A DNA stretch of 58,734 nt from Gammaproteobacteria bacterium (GTDB taxonomy: Bacteria > Pseudomonadota > Gammaproteobacteria > Steroidobacterales > PWYM01): positions 1-58,734 of the forward strand of contig JAFIFN010000005.1 in assembly GCA_020832005.1 (NCBI GenBank). Direction: 5' to 3'. Each line of letters begins with the position of its first letter. Position 1 is the first letter of the stretch. A model generated the notes under the pieces. The model was not told the DNA's origin. It saw only the letters and a list, made by a program, of their open reading frames with translations, and ran no database searches. Positions 35,366 to 44,379 of this stretch are shown here, in pieces. Made by a program: the position numbers and the translations under genes.

Positions 35366-36310
35366 TCAGCCCAGCGCCGCCTCCAGCTCGGGAATGATCT
35401 GGAACAGATCTCCCACCAGCCCGATATCGGCCACCTCGAAAATCGGCGCCTCACCATCCTTGTTGATGGCAACGATCGTGCCGGCATCCTTGATGCCGGT
35501 GAGATGCTGGATGGCACCGGATATGCCTATGGCAATATACAGTTCGGGTGCGATGATCTTGCCGGTCTGGCCGACCTGCAGCTCATTGGGCACATAGCCT
35601 GCATCCACGGCAGCACGGCTGGCACCCACCGCGGCCCCGATCTTGTCGGCCAGCCCGAAGATCAGTTCGAACTTCTCGGCACTGCCAAGTGCACGCCCGC
35701 CCGAGACGACGCGCGCAGCACTCTGGAGATCGGGTCGATCGCTGGAGCCGCCGCGCAACTCGCCGAAGCGGGTATGGTCCGGCAGCTGGGCATCGACGCT
35801 GAGCGCCTCGACCTTGGCCGATCCGCCCTCGGCTGCGGCCTGGTATGAGGCGACACGCACCGTGGCCACCAGGGTCCGGTCCGACGGTGCCTCTACGGTG
35901 ATGACCGCATTGCCCGCGTAAATAGGCCTGCGAAACTCATGGCTGCCGCGGACCTCCATGATGTCGGAGAGCTGACCGACACCAAGCAGGGCCGCGACCC
36001 GCGGCATCAGGTCCTTGCCAAAGGTCGTCGAGGGACCCAGCACGTGCGTGTAGTCGGCCGCAAGGCGGGCCACCTGCGGCGCCAGTACGGCGGCCAATGG
36101 ATGTTCGTTGGCCGCGTTGTCGATCTGCAGCACCCGATTCACACCCGTGAGCGCGGCAGCCTGCTTGGCCACCGCCTCGCCGCTGGCGGCGAATACCGCG
36201 ATATCAACGCTGTCGGCCTTGAAGTCCAGTGCACAACTCAGCGTCTTGGCCGTCGCCGGGTTGAGCGACGTGCCGTCATGTTCGGCAATGATCAGTATCT
36301 TGCTCATCAA
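35366..36310 (-). CDS. etfA: electron transfer flavoprotein alpha subunit
   Basis: [30 protein letters not shown] is the FAD-binding signature of EtfA. Confidence 0.95.
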   Translation of the reverse strand: MMSKILIIAEHDGTSLNPATAKTLSCALDFKADSVDIAVFAASGEAVAKQAAALTGVNRVLQIDNAANEHPLAAVLAPQVARLAADYTHVLGPSTTFGKDLMPRVAALLGVGQLSDIMEVRGSHEFRRPIYAGNAVITVEAPSDRTLVATVRVASYQAAAEGGSAKVEALSVDAQLPDHTRFGELRGGSSDRPDLQSAARVVSGGRALGSAEKFELIFGLADKIGAAVGASRAAVDAGYVPNELQVGQTGKIIAPELYIAIGISGAIQHLTGIKDAGTIVAINKDGEAPIFEVADIGLVGDLFQIIPELEAALG

Positions 36311-37056
36311 ACCAGCCCCTTGTCCTTGAGTGCCTTTACCAGGCCAGCGACATCCTCGACCATGATGCCTTTCTGACGCTGCTCCGGCGGCGCGTAGTTC
36401 GTGATCTTGAACTGCGCATCCGTGCCGACGCCAAGATCCGCCAATGGCACGGTGTCCAGGGGCTTTTTCTTGGCCTTCATGATGTCGGGCAGCTTCACAT
36501 AGCGCGGTTCGTTCAACCTGAGGTCGGTCGTGACCACGGCAGGCAGGTCGACCTCGATGACTTCCAGGCCGGCATCAACCTCGCGAGTCACCGTGGCCTT
36601 GCCATCGGTCAGCTCCAGTTTCGAGGCAAAGGTGGCCTGCGGGCGATCCCATAGCGCGGCCAGCATCTGGCCTGTCTGGCTGTTGTCATCGTCGATCGCC
36701 TGCTTGCCCAGGATGACCAGCTCCGGCGATTCCCGCTCGATGAGTTTCAGCAGAACCTGTGCGGCAGCGAGCGGTTCCAGCCGATCGCCCGTCTCGACCA
36801 GGATGGCCCGATCCGCGCCCATGGCCAGTCCGGTGCGCAGCTGCTGCTGACAGTCGCTGGCGCCAATCGACACGACGATGACCTCTTCGGCCTCGCCTCG
36901 CTCCCTGATGCGCAAGGCTTCCTCGAGCGCGATTTCGTCGAAGGGGTTGATGCTCATCTTCACCCCGTCGGTCACCACACCCGAGCCGTCGGGCTTGACG
37001 CGTACACGGACGTTGTAGTCCACGACCCGCTTGACCGCGACCATGATTTTCTGCAT
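36307..37056 (-). CDS. etfB: electron transfer flavoprotein beta subunit
   Basis: MQKIMVAVKRVVDYNVRVRVKPDGSGV...MSINPFDEIALEEALR. Start moved to M70 of the track ORF (AGGAGAGGA RBS). ATGA overlap with etfA. Confidence 0.95.
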   Translation of the reverse strand: MQKIMVAVKRVVDYNVRVRVKPDGSGVVTDGVKMSINPFDEIALEEALRIRERGEAEEVIVVSIGASDCQQQLRTGLAMGADRAILVETGDRLEPLAAAQVLLKLIERESPELVILGKQAIDDDNSQTGQMLAALWDRPQATFASKLELTDGKATVTREVDAGLEVIEVDLPAVVTTDLRLNEPRYVKLPDIMKAKKKPLDTVPLADLGVGTDAQFKITNYAPPEQRQKGIMVEDVAGLVKALKDKGLV

Positions 37057-37243
37057 GGGGTCCTCTCCTGCTGAAAGTATAGGTTTGTGCTGCCCCGCGG
37101 GCGCTTGCTTCCTTAGGCCCCGCGTAACCGGTGGATTGTACCGTTCAATCACTCTCACTGCAGCCGTTGTCCGTAGCAGCCCCCTCATGGTGGTAAAATC
37201 GGCAATCGCGTATAGCCACTGCCAGAGCCCGAACGGAGCACTG

Positions 37244-38113
37244 ATGACCCAGATTCTGACCACCCTGATCGACGCTGACGAGCTGGCAAGGCGCCTGGAG
37301 ATCGGCGGACTGCGGGTGATTGATTGCCGCTTCCAGTTGACCGATCCGACCGCCGGCAGAGCGGCCTATCTGCGTGGCCATATTCCGACCGCCGTATATG
37401 CCGATCTGGAGGCGGATCTGTCCGCGCCGGTCAGTCCGGACAGCGGACGTCATCCCCTGCCGGATCGCCACGAGTTCGAGGCCACGCTCGGCATGCTTGG
37501 CGTCTCCAGCAGCCAGCAGGTGGTGGTCTACGACGATGCCGGCGGCGCGTATGCTGCGCGCCTGTGGTGGCTGTTGCGCTGGATGGGCCATGGTGCCGTG
37601 GCGGTGCTGAATGGCGGGCTGCAGGCCTGGCTGGCAGGGGGGCGGAGCCTTGAAGCCGGCGAGGTCACGGCCCAGAGAGTGCGTTTTCTCCAGGGTACGC
37701 CGCTGGCCCATGCCGTCGAGGCCGAGGATATTCTCCAGTCGCGCGTGGCACGCCTGCTCGATGCGCGGGGCGCGGAGAGATTCGCCGGCGACGTCGAGCC
37801 GATCGATACGCGCGCCGGACACGTCCCTGGCGCGGTCAACCATCCGTTCACGCTGAGCCTGGACGGCGGCGGACGCTTTCTCGGGCGCGACGCGTTGCGG
37901 GCCGGACTCAACACGAGCCTCGGTGAGGTTGCCAGTGGCAAGGCTGCCGCCATGTGCGGATCGGGCGTGACGGCCTGTCACCTGCTGCTTGCCATGGAGG
38001 TTGCCGGACTCGGCGGTGCCGCCCTGTATCCGGGCTCATGGAGCGAATGGATCCGCGATCCATCCAGGCCGGTGGTGACGGGTGCCGCGGACCCTCGCAG
38101 CGCCGTGACGTGA
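37244..38113 (+). CDS. sseA: 3-mercaptopyruvate sulfurtransferase (tandem rhodanese)
   Basis: Two rhodanese domains. The active-site loop CGSGVTAC matches the MST-type CG[ST]GVT motif. Start moved to the ATG at 37244 (GGAG upstream). Confidence 0.85.
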   Translation: MTQILTTLIDADELARRLEIGGLRVIDCRFQLTDPTAGRAAYLRGHIPTAVYADLEADLSAPVSPDSGRHPLPDRHEFEATLGMLGVSSSQQVVVYDDAGGAYAARLWWLLRWMGHGAVAVLNGGLQAWLAGGRSLEAGEVTAQRVRFLQGTPLAHAVEAEDILQSRVARLLDARGAERFAGDVEPIDTRAGHVPGAVNHPFTLSLDGGGRFLGRDALRAGLNTSLGEVASGKAAAMCGSGVTACHLLLAMEVAGLGGAALYPGSWSEWIRDPSRPVVTGAADPRSAVT

Positions 38114-38598
38114 ATCCTGCGGCCGGGTTTGCCTGCGTGATCCTGGCCGGAATGCTTGCCGGCTGCGGCACGACCTCGGGCACGGCAGATGCACGCGGAG
38201 CAGCTGGCACCCTGGCCAGTGCGGCGGTTCACCACGACTGCGTGAGGATCTCCCGGGTCAGGCGCTTCGAGCGCCTCGATGATTCCAACCTGCTGCTGTT
38301 CGCACCCGATCGTCAAAACGCCTACCACGTGCAAACAGTCATGGGCTGTCCGGATATCGGCCGTGCCGGATTCCTGTCAATCGACGGAGCGCAGGGCAGC
38401 CTGTGCGGCTATCCGGGCGAGGTCCTGCGAACGGGTATCCGCACGGGATTTCCAGGCGATGCCCGGAGCGAGCGCCCTTGCCAGGTACGCAGCGTTCGCC
38501 GGCTTGACTTCTCCGGATTGCAGGACCTGCTCGTCGAGCACGGTTTGGGCGAGCAGGGCGAGCCGGCCGCGGGCGAAACCGAGCAACAGGTGCCCTGA
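38110..38598 (+). CDS. putative lipoprotein
   Basis: A GTG at 38110 overlapping the sseA stop gives VNPAAGFACVILAGMLAGCGT with lipobox LAGC. I recognised no family. Confidence 0.45.
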   Translation: MNPAAGFACVILAGMLAGCGTTSGTADARGAAGTLASAAVHHDCVRISRVRRFERLDDSNLLLFAPDRQNAYHVQTVMGCPDIGRAGFLSIDGAQGSLCGYPGEVLRTGIRTGFPGDARSERPCQVRSVRRLDFSGLQDLLVEHGLGEQGEPAAGETEQQVP

Positions 38599-38797
38599 GG
38601 CGAGCTTTGTCCGCCCCGTACCATCGGGGATCTACGTAACTCGCAGATGTCGACGGGTAGGCGCGGTTGTGGCTGCCACTGAGCGCACGCCGGGGAGCGC
38701 GATACGCGAAGTCCGACCAGTGGCCGCGTTATGATCAGCGCTGTCATCAGCGCCCCACGGCTGGTGTGTCTGTTTAGCTGCTGGAGATAGCCTGATC

Positions 38798-40393
38798 ATG
38801 TCTGCCGTTGCCCCGCAAACCGCCACCGTGGCGACCGTGCTTGAGCGCCTCGAGGCCATTCTGGGGGCAGATCACCTGCTGACCGGAGACTCCGAGCGCG
38901 CGTTTTTCTCACAGGACGTTTATCGTGCAGGCAAGCTGGTCATGGGCGTGGCCCAGCCGGCTGACGTCGTGCAACTGCGTGAGGTGCTGCGCACTGCGAC
39001 CACGGCAGGTGTCGCCGTCATCGCCCGTGGCGGCGGCATGTCGTATACGGACGCCTATCTGCCGGTGGGCAGCCCGACGCTGATGGTCGATACCCGGCGA
39101 CTGAACAGGATCGTCGAGATCAACGCCCAGGCGCGCTACGTCGTGGTGGAATGTGGCATCACCTGGAGTGAGCTGCACACAGCCCTGGCTCCCCTGGGCC
39201 TCAGCACGCCCTACTGGGGACCGCTTTCGGGACTACGGGCCACCATTGGCGGGGCATTGTCCCAGGGCAGCATCTTCCTGGGTTCGGGGCAATACGGCTC
39301 CGTCGCAGACAGCGTGCTGGCAATGGAGGTTGTTGCAGCCGATGGCCAGCTCGTGCGCACCGGCAGCTGGGCGGGCGAGCACGCCGAGCCGTTCTTTCGC
39401 CATCACGGACCGGATATGACCGGCCTGTTCACGGGCGACTGTGGTGCACTGGGGTTCAAGGCCCGCGCAGTGTTGCGCCTGGTCAGCCGTCAGCCAGAGT
39501 CACGCTATATCTCCTATGCCTTCGATGATCACGAGACGCTGACCCGTGCCATGGGCGAGGTGGCGCGCGCCGAGGTTGTCTCCGAGTGCTTTGCGTTCGA
39601 CCCGTTCCTGCAGGGACTGCGCATGCAGCGGGGTCGACTGCGCGATGACATGAAATCGCTGGGCAATGTCGTCAAGGCCGCAGGCGGCGGCATCAAGGGC
39701 CTCAAGGAGGGCGCGAAGCTGGCGCTGGCGGGCCGTGGCTTCCTCGAGGACGTACCGTTTTCACTGCATCTGTCAATGGACGGGCGAGATGTCGCTGACG
39801 CTGATTCGCGGGCGGCTGCAGTGCGTCGGGCGGTGGGATCACATGGACGCGAAATCGAGAACAGCGTGCCGAAAGTCATGCGTGCCACACCGTTCGCGGA
39901 AGTCAACAGCATGCTGGGTCCCGACGGCCAGCGCTGGGCACCCGTGCATGGCATTCTGCCCCTGACGCAGGCGGCTGAAGCCTTTGCCAGCACCGAGGCG
40001 TTGTTTGCGCGGCGCCGCGAGACTGACGAGCGCCATGGCATCGATCACGGCTACCTGATGTGCACGATCTCCAATCATGGATTTCTGCTCGAGCCCTGCC
40101 TGTATTGGCGCGATGCCCGACAGCAGTTCCACGAGACCGTGCTTGACGACGCCTACCTGGCGCGACTCAAGGCCTGGCCGGAAAATCTCGCTGCCCGCGA
40201 GGCGGTGGAGGAACTTCGCATTGAACTGGCCGATCACTTCCATGCGCTGGGAGCGACGGCATTTCAGCTCGGCAAGTTCTACCCCTACAGCCGTAATCGC
40301 GATGCCGGCCAATGGGCGCTTCTGTGCTCGCTCAAGGCAGCCATGGATCCGGCCGGCCTGCTCAATCCGGGCGCGCTCGGCCTGGGGGGCTGA
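38798..40393 (+). CDS. FAD-linked oxidase (FAD_binding_4 / GlcD-like)
   Basis: VAQPADVVQLREVLRTATTAGVAVIARGGGMSYTD...INAQARYVVVECGITWSEL is the PCMH-type FAD-binding domain. Confidence 0.8.
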   Translation: MSAVAPQTATVATVLERLEAILGADHLLTGDSERAFFSQDVYRAGKLVMGVAQPADVVQLREVLRTATTAGVAVIARGGGMSYTDAYLPVGSPTLMVDTRRLNRIVEINAQARYVVVECGITWSELHTALAPLGLSTPYWGPLSGLRATIGGALSQGSIFLGSGQYGSVADSVLAMEVVAADGQLVRTGSWAGEHAEPFFRHHGPDMTGLFTGDCGALGFKARAVLRLVSRQPESRYISYAFDDHETLTRAMGEVARAEVVSECFAFDPFLQGLRMQRGRLRDDMKSLGNVVKAAGGGIKGLKEGAKLALAGRGFLEDVPFSLHLSMDGRDVADADSRAAAVRRAVGSHGREIENSVPKVMRATPFAEVNSMLGPDGQRWAPVHGILPLTQAAEAFASTEALFARRRETDERHGIDHGYLMCTISNHGFLLEPCLYWRDARQQFHETVLDDAYLARLKAWPENLAAREAVEELRIELADHFHALGATAFQLGKFYPYSRNRDAGQWALLCSLKAAMDPAGLLNPGALGLGG

Positions 40394-40437
40394 GTACGAC
40401 CAGTGTGCAAGCCGGCTGCTGGCGGGGCCGGTCGGCG

Positions 40438-40746
40438 TTACCAGTTCCGGCCACCGACCCAGCTGCCCGCGGCGGGTGAGAACACCTCGATCCGAATGTT
40501 CCCCCAGACGCCGGCGGCATGGTAGGGATCTGCCTCCATGAATCGCCGGGCATCGGCCTCACTGGGAAGATCGACAACCAGCAGGCTGCCGATCACTTCA
40601 CCGTGACCGTCCTTCAACGGACCAGCGAGCTTGAGGGCGTCACCGGTCGCCAGCACCTGCTCGATATGCGCAAGATGGGCCTGCAGATGCTGCTGACGCA
40701 GCGGGCCGGCTTGAGGTGTATCCTCGCCGAGGATCGCGTAGTACAT
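40438..40746 (-). CDS. YciI-family protein
   Basis: MYYAILGEDTP...HLAHIEQVLATGDALKLAGPL...GSLLVVDLPSEADARRFMEADPY is the typical YciI-like fold. Start moved to M30. Confidence 0.75.
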   Translation of the reverse strand: MYYAILGEDTPQAGPLRQQHLQAHLAHIEQVLATGDALKLAGPLKDGHGEVIGSLLVVDLPSEADARRFMEADPYHAAGVWGNIRIEVFSPAAGSWVGGRNW

Positions 40747-40862
40747 AGGCTTGACTCCGGACTGATGAAATCGCTGTTTGACACTCCCGGGGTCGCATTC
40801 TACAGTCATGCGGCGGCAATCGCCGCGGCTCACTCACCTTCGCGCCAAGAGGGCAGCAATCC

Positions 40863-41174
40863 ATGCCGCATATCATCGTCCTGTTCAATCTGAAACCTGA
40901 TGCCGATCCGAAGGCCTACGAAAACTGGGCACGCTCGACCGACCTTCCAACGGTGCGCAAGCTGTCTTCGATAGGCAGCTTCGATGCGCTGCGGACCACG
41001 TCAATGCTCGGCAGCCAGGACAGCCCGCCGTACCAGTACATCGAAGTGATCAAGGTCAAGGACATGGCTGCTTTTGGTGACGAAGTCAGCACCGAGACCA
41101 TGCGTAAAGTCGCATCAGAGTTCCGTGGTTTCGCCGACGCTCCGCAGTTCATCGTGTGCGAGAGTCTCGACTGA
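40863..41174 (+). CDS. small dimeric alpha/beta-barrel protein (EthD/REDY HapK-like), tentative
   Basis: 103 aa. The pattern MPHIIVLFNLKPDADPKAYENWARSTDLPTVRKL resembles REDY-like/EthD proteins. The assignment is from memory of the family only. Confidence 0.5.
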   Translation: MPHIIVLFNLKPDADPKAYENWARSTDLPTVRKLSSIGSFDALRTTSMLGSQDSPPYQYIEVIKVKDMAAFGDEVSTETMRKVASEFRGFADAPQFIVCESLD

Positions 41175-41191
41175 CAGGGCGGACCCTCAAA

Positions 41192-41710
41192 ATGGTACAG
41201 AACATCAAACAGGTGGGCGAGCAGCGCTTTCGCGAAACCTTCGGTCGCTATTTCGAAGACTTTGAAGTCGGCGACACCTATGAGCATCGCCCCGGCCGGA
41301 CCATTACCGAGACCGAGAACACATGGTTCACGCTGCTGACGATGAATACCCATCCTCTGCATTTCGACGTCGAGTATGCCAAGGCCAGCGAATTCGGCCG
41401 TCCGCTGATTGCAAGTCCCTTCACATTGGCAGTGCTGGTCGGCATGAGCGTCAGCGACGTCAGCCAGAAGGCCATCGCAAATCTGGGCTGGACCGACATC
41501 AACATGACTCACCCGGTGTTTGCCGGCGACACGCTTTACGCGGAGTCCGAGGTGCTTGGCAAACGCGAGTCGCGTTCACGACCGGGGGCGGGGCTGGTGA
41601 CAGTGCGCACGCTTGGCCGTAACCAGGATGGCGACACAGTCTGCACTTTCGAACGCACTATCCTGGTGGCACGGCGCGGTCATGGCGTCGAAGACAAGAT
41701 CAATTACTGA
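41192..41710 (+). CDS. MaoC-like (R)-specific enoyl-CoA hydratase/dehydratase
   Basis: FEVGDTYEHRPGRTITETENTWFTLLTMNTHPLHFD is the hot-dog fold hydratase motif. Start moved to M13. Confidence 0.85.
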   Translation: MVQNIKQVGEQRFRETFGRYFEDFEVGDTYEHRPGRTITETENTWFTLLTMNTHPLHFDVEYAKASEFGRPLIASPFTLAVLVGMSVSDVSQKAIANLGWTDINMTHPVFAGDTLYAESEVLGKRESRSRPGAGLVTVRTLGRNQDGDTVCTFERTILVARRGHGVEDKINY

Positions 41711-41742
41711 CCAGGTATCAAGTTCAATCAACGGGAGTCGAC

Positions 41743-42486
41743 GTGAGCGACCAAGAGAGCATAATCCAGCGTGATCACAGCTTCGTACGAGGCACGATCC
41801 GCTACAGCAGCAACAAGCCTGAGCGCAAAGGCCAGGAGCGCGGGCGCGAGTATTTTCTGATCAGCACCCACAGTGATGGTCGTCGCACCGCCAGCGCGCA
41901 CTGCGAGATTGACGATCGCCCCTGCGTCATGCGCGACATCGTCTACGGGCTGGATGCCGACTGGATGCCGACTGACTGCTCCGTACGCCTGAGTGTCGGC
42001 GATCGTTTCATGGGCTCGGCCTGGTTTCGCTTTGCGCGCGACCATGCGGAATGCGAGGCCTGGACGGCATATGAGGGCAGGGTGCACCAGCGGATGGACA
42101 TTACCAAACCGCTGGTCACCTTTCAGAATCACGCGATTGCCTGCGATGCATGGCATTTCCGCCTGTATGACCGCAGCAAAGGACCAGGTGTGCAGGGCAT
42201 CGAACAGGTGTTGCTGTCCTCCCCAGATCATCGCGGCGCCAGCGGACCGATGCTTTTCTCCATCGGGATGGGAATGGAGTACGTTGGTGAGGAAGTGCTT
42301 GAAGTCGAGGCCGGTCGCTTCGATGCACTGCATTTTCGCTTCGTCTCCGCACCAGGCCTGCCCCAGGAGCATCCCCCTTACGATGTATGGTGCACGAATG
42401 ATGATCAGTTCCTGTTCCTGAAAGCTCAGGCAGGCGGTTACATGCAGACGGTCTACGAGACCGTGGAATTGCACTACGGTCCCTGA
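41743..42486 (+). CDS. uncharacterised protein, paralog B (homolog of 26024..26701)
   Basis: See the alignment quoted for 26024..26701. The C-terminal blocks also match (EHPPYDVWCTNDDQFLFLKAQ versus GHPPYHVWVSADGDYIIVKAE). Confidence 0.65.
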   Translation: MSDQESIIQRDHSFVRGTIRYSSNKPERKGQERGREYFLISTHSDGRRTASAHCEIDDRPCVMRDIVYGLDADWMPTDCSVRLSVGDRFMGSAWFRFARDHAECEAWTAYEGRVHQRMDITKPLVTFQNHAIACDAWHFRLYDRSKGPGVQGIEQVLLSSPDHRGASGPMLFSIGMGMEYVGEEVLEVEAGRFDALHFRFVSAPGLPQEHPPYDVWCTNDDQFLFLKAQAGGYMQTVYETVELHYGP

Positions 42487-42518
42487 GCGGACCCGGGTTG
42501 ACGCAGGAGCAGGACACA

Positions 42519-43349
42519 ATGGCAGATCTCAAGGGCAAAGTAGCACTGTGCACCGGCGCCGGACGGCGTCTGGGCCTTGGCGAGGCGATTCTCAAGCGTC
42601 TGGCAGCAGACGGTGCGCGGGTCGTAATTACCGACCTCGGCAGCCCAAAACAGCACATGGGCACGGAGCACATCGGCACGACCGACGAAATGGAGCAGAT
42701 CGCCGAGGACATTCGCCGCAGCGGCGGCGAGGCGATCACCGTGGCGCTCGACGTGCGCGATGAGGCGCAGGTGGAAGCGGCGATCCAGCGCAGCGTCGAG
42801 GCCTTCGGTGCACTCGACATCCTCATCAACAATGCCGGTATCGGCTACCTGATCCACCCGATCACGGAGATGCCCATCGAAGAGTGGACCGCCGTGCTCG
42901 AGGTCAATCTGATGGGCGCGTTTCTGTGCACGAAGCACGCGGCGCGGCAGATGATCCGTCAGGGCAACGGCGGGCGTATCATCAATATCGCCAGCCAGGC
43001 GGCCAAGTCGGGCCATCCGCACATGAGTGCCTATGTGGCCTCCAAGCACGGCATGGTCGGCCTAACGCGCACCTCAGCCGTGGAACTCGGCGAACATGGC
43101 ATCACCGTCAACGCCATCTGCCCGAACCATGTGACCACCGGGCTGGGTTCGGTGCAGAACGAGTACTTCGCGAAGTACAAAGGCCTGACCGTCGATGAAT
43201 ACCTGGCGCAGATGCGCCGGAGCATCCCCATGCGCCGGGTTGGCCAGGGCAGCGATACCGCCAATGCAGTGGCCTTCCTGTGTTCGGAAGACGCAAGCTA
43301 CATCACCGGCGAGGCGATGAACGTCAGCGGTGGTGTGGAAATGCATTAG
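42519..43349 (+). CDS. short-chain dehydrogenase/reductase (FabG-like)
   Basis: KGKVALCTGAGRRLGLG, NNAG and YVASKHG (YxxxK). I prefer the ATG at 42519 (AGGAGCAGG upstream) over the TTG at 42498. Confidence 0.9.
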   Translation: MADLKGKVALCTGAGRRLGLGEAILKRLAADGARVVITDLGSPKQHMGTEHIGTTDEMEQIAEDIRRSGGEAITVALDVRDEAQVEAAIQRSVEAFGALDILINNAGIGYLIHPITEMPIEEWTAVLEVNLMGAFLCTKHAARQMIRQGNGGRIINIASQAAKSGHPHMSAYVASKHGMVGLTRTSAVELGEHGITVNAICPNHVTTGLGSVQNEYFAKYKGLTVDEYLAQMRRSIPMRRVGQGSDTANAVAFLCSEDASYITGEAMNVSGGVEMH

Positions 43350-44248
43350 GCCGCACGCAAGTGCGCGGCGGCGTGCAGTGCACCGATGAGTGCCAGCGCC
43401 GCCGGGCCAGGCGGGGTGGTGCGACGGTAATACAGCGAGATCGGCCGCAACCAGCGAAAGCCGGGAACCTCGAGTGTCACCAGCAGGCCGCTTTCAAGTT
43501 CGCGGGCCACAAGGTCCGTCGGCAGGATGCACAGGCAGTCTCCGGCAAGCAGCATCTCGCGCGTGAACTCCAGCGAATCGGTCTCCATGGCGGCTGCGGG
43601 CAACTGCAGACCGAGCGTACTGAAGCTATCGGTAAAGGCCTGTTCGACCACGCCCAGGTTTCTGCCGCGAACCCAGCGCTGGGATTGCAGATCCGAGGCA
43701 CGCACTGCTCGCCGGGCAAGCGGATGTGAGCCCGCCGCGATGATGCGGTAGTCCTCATGGCAGAGGACCTCGCGAACGACATTCTCCATCTCGGTGTCCT
43801 GGGTTTCGACACTGACGCACAGGTCCACATCGCCGCCGACCAGCGCCTGCAGCAGCGAGCCGTGGATGCCTGTGCTGACCGTCAGCGTGACCTCCGGGAA
43901 GCGTGTCTTCAGGGTGCCTACGGCATCGGCCAGCAGCAGGCCCGCCGCAGTCGGACTTGCACCGATGCGAACGTGACCGTGCTGCACACCGAGCATCTCG
44001 TTGAGGCGCTCACCGAAACCGCGCAGTTCGACATCCACATTTCGGGCAGGACCCAGCAGGAGTTGACCGAACACCGTCGGGGTCGCCGTGCGGGGATTAC
44101 GGTCGAGCAGCCGGACCCCGAGCGAGTCCTCCAGGGCCTGGATCCCCTTGGAGAGGGCCTGCTGCGTGCGCCCGAGTTCCTCGGCGGCACGTGAAAAGCT
44201 GCCGTGCTCGACGACGGCCAGAAAGTAGCGCAGTTGGCGCAGTTGCAT
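43346..44248 (-). CDS. LysR-family transcriptional regulator
   Basis: MQLRQLRYFLAVVEHGSFSRAAEELGRTQQALSKGIQALE is the canonical LysR HTH. Confidence 0.9.
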   Translation of the reverse strand: MQLRQLRYFLAVVEHGSFSRAAEELGRTQQALSKGIQALEDSLGVRLLDRNPRTATPTVFGQLLLGPARNVDVELRGFGERLNEMLGVQHGHVRIGASPTAAGLLLADAVGTLKTRFPEVTLTVSTGIHGSLLQALVGGDVDLCVSVETQDTEMENVVREVLCHEDYRIIAAGSHPLARRAVRASDLQSQRWVRGRNLGVVEQAFTDSFSTLGLQLPAAAMETDSLEFTREMLLAGDCLCILPTDLVARELESGLLVTLEVPGFRWLRPISLYYRRTTPPGPAALALIGALHAAAHLRAA

Positions 44249-44379
44249 ATCCGAATCCTAACAGCCTGTATTGCAAGAGGCACAACTTTTGGTTGTCGAA
44301 CGGCGGATTTTTCGTTGGTGGTCACACGCTGCGCTGTCCTACGCTGAGCCGTGTTTTACAGGCTCCGGAGATATGTCAC

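Noticed and set aside
43346-43349. Convergent SDR and LysR genes whose stop codons overlap (TAG on +, TAA on -)
   Set aside because: Real, but a trivial consequence of tight packing. There is no room for a terminator and no further signal.
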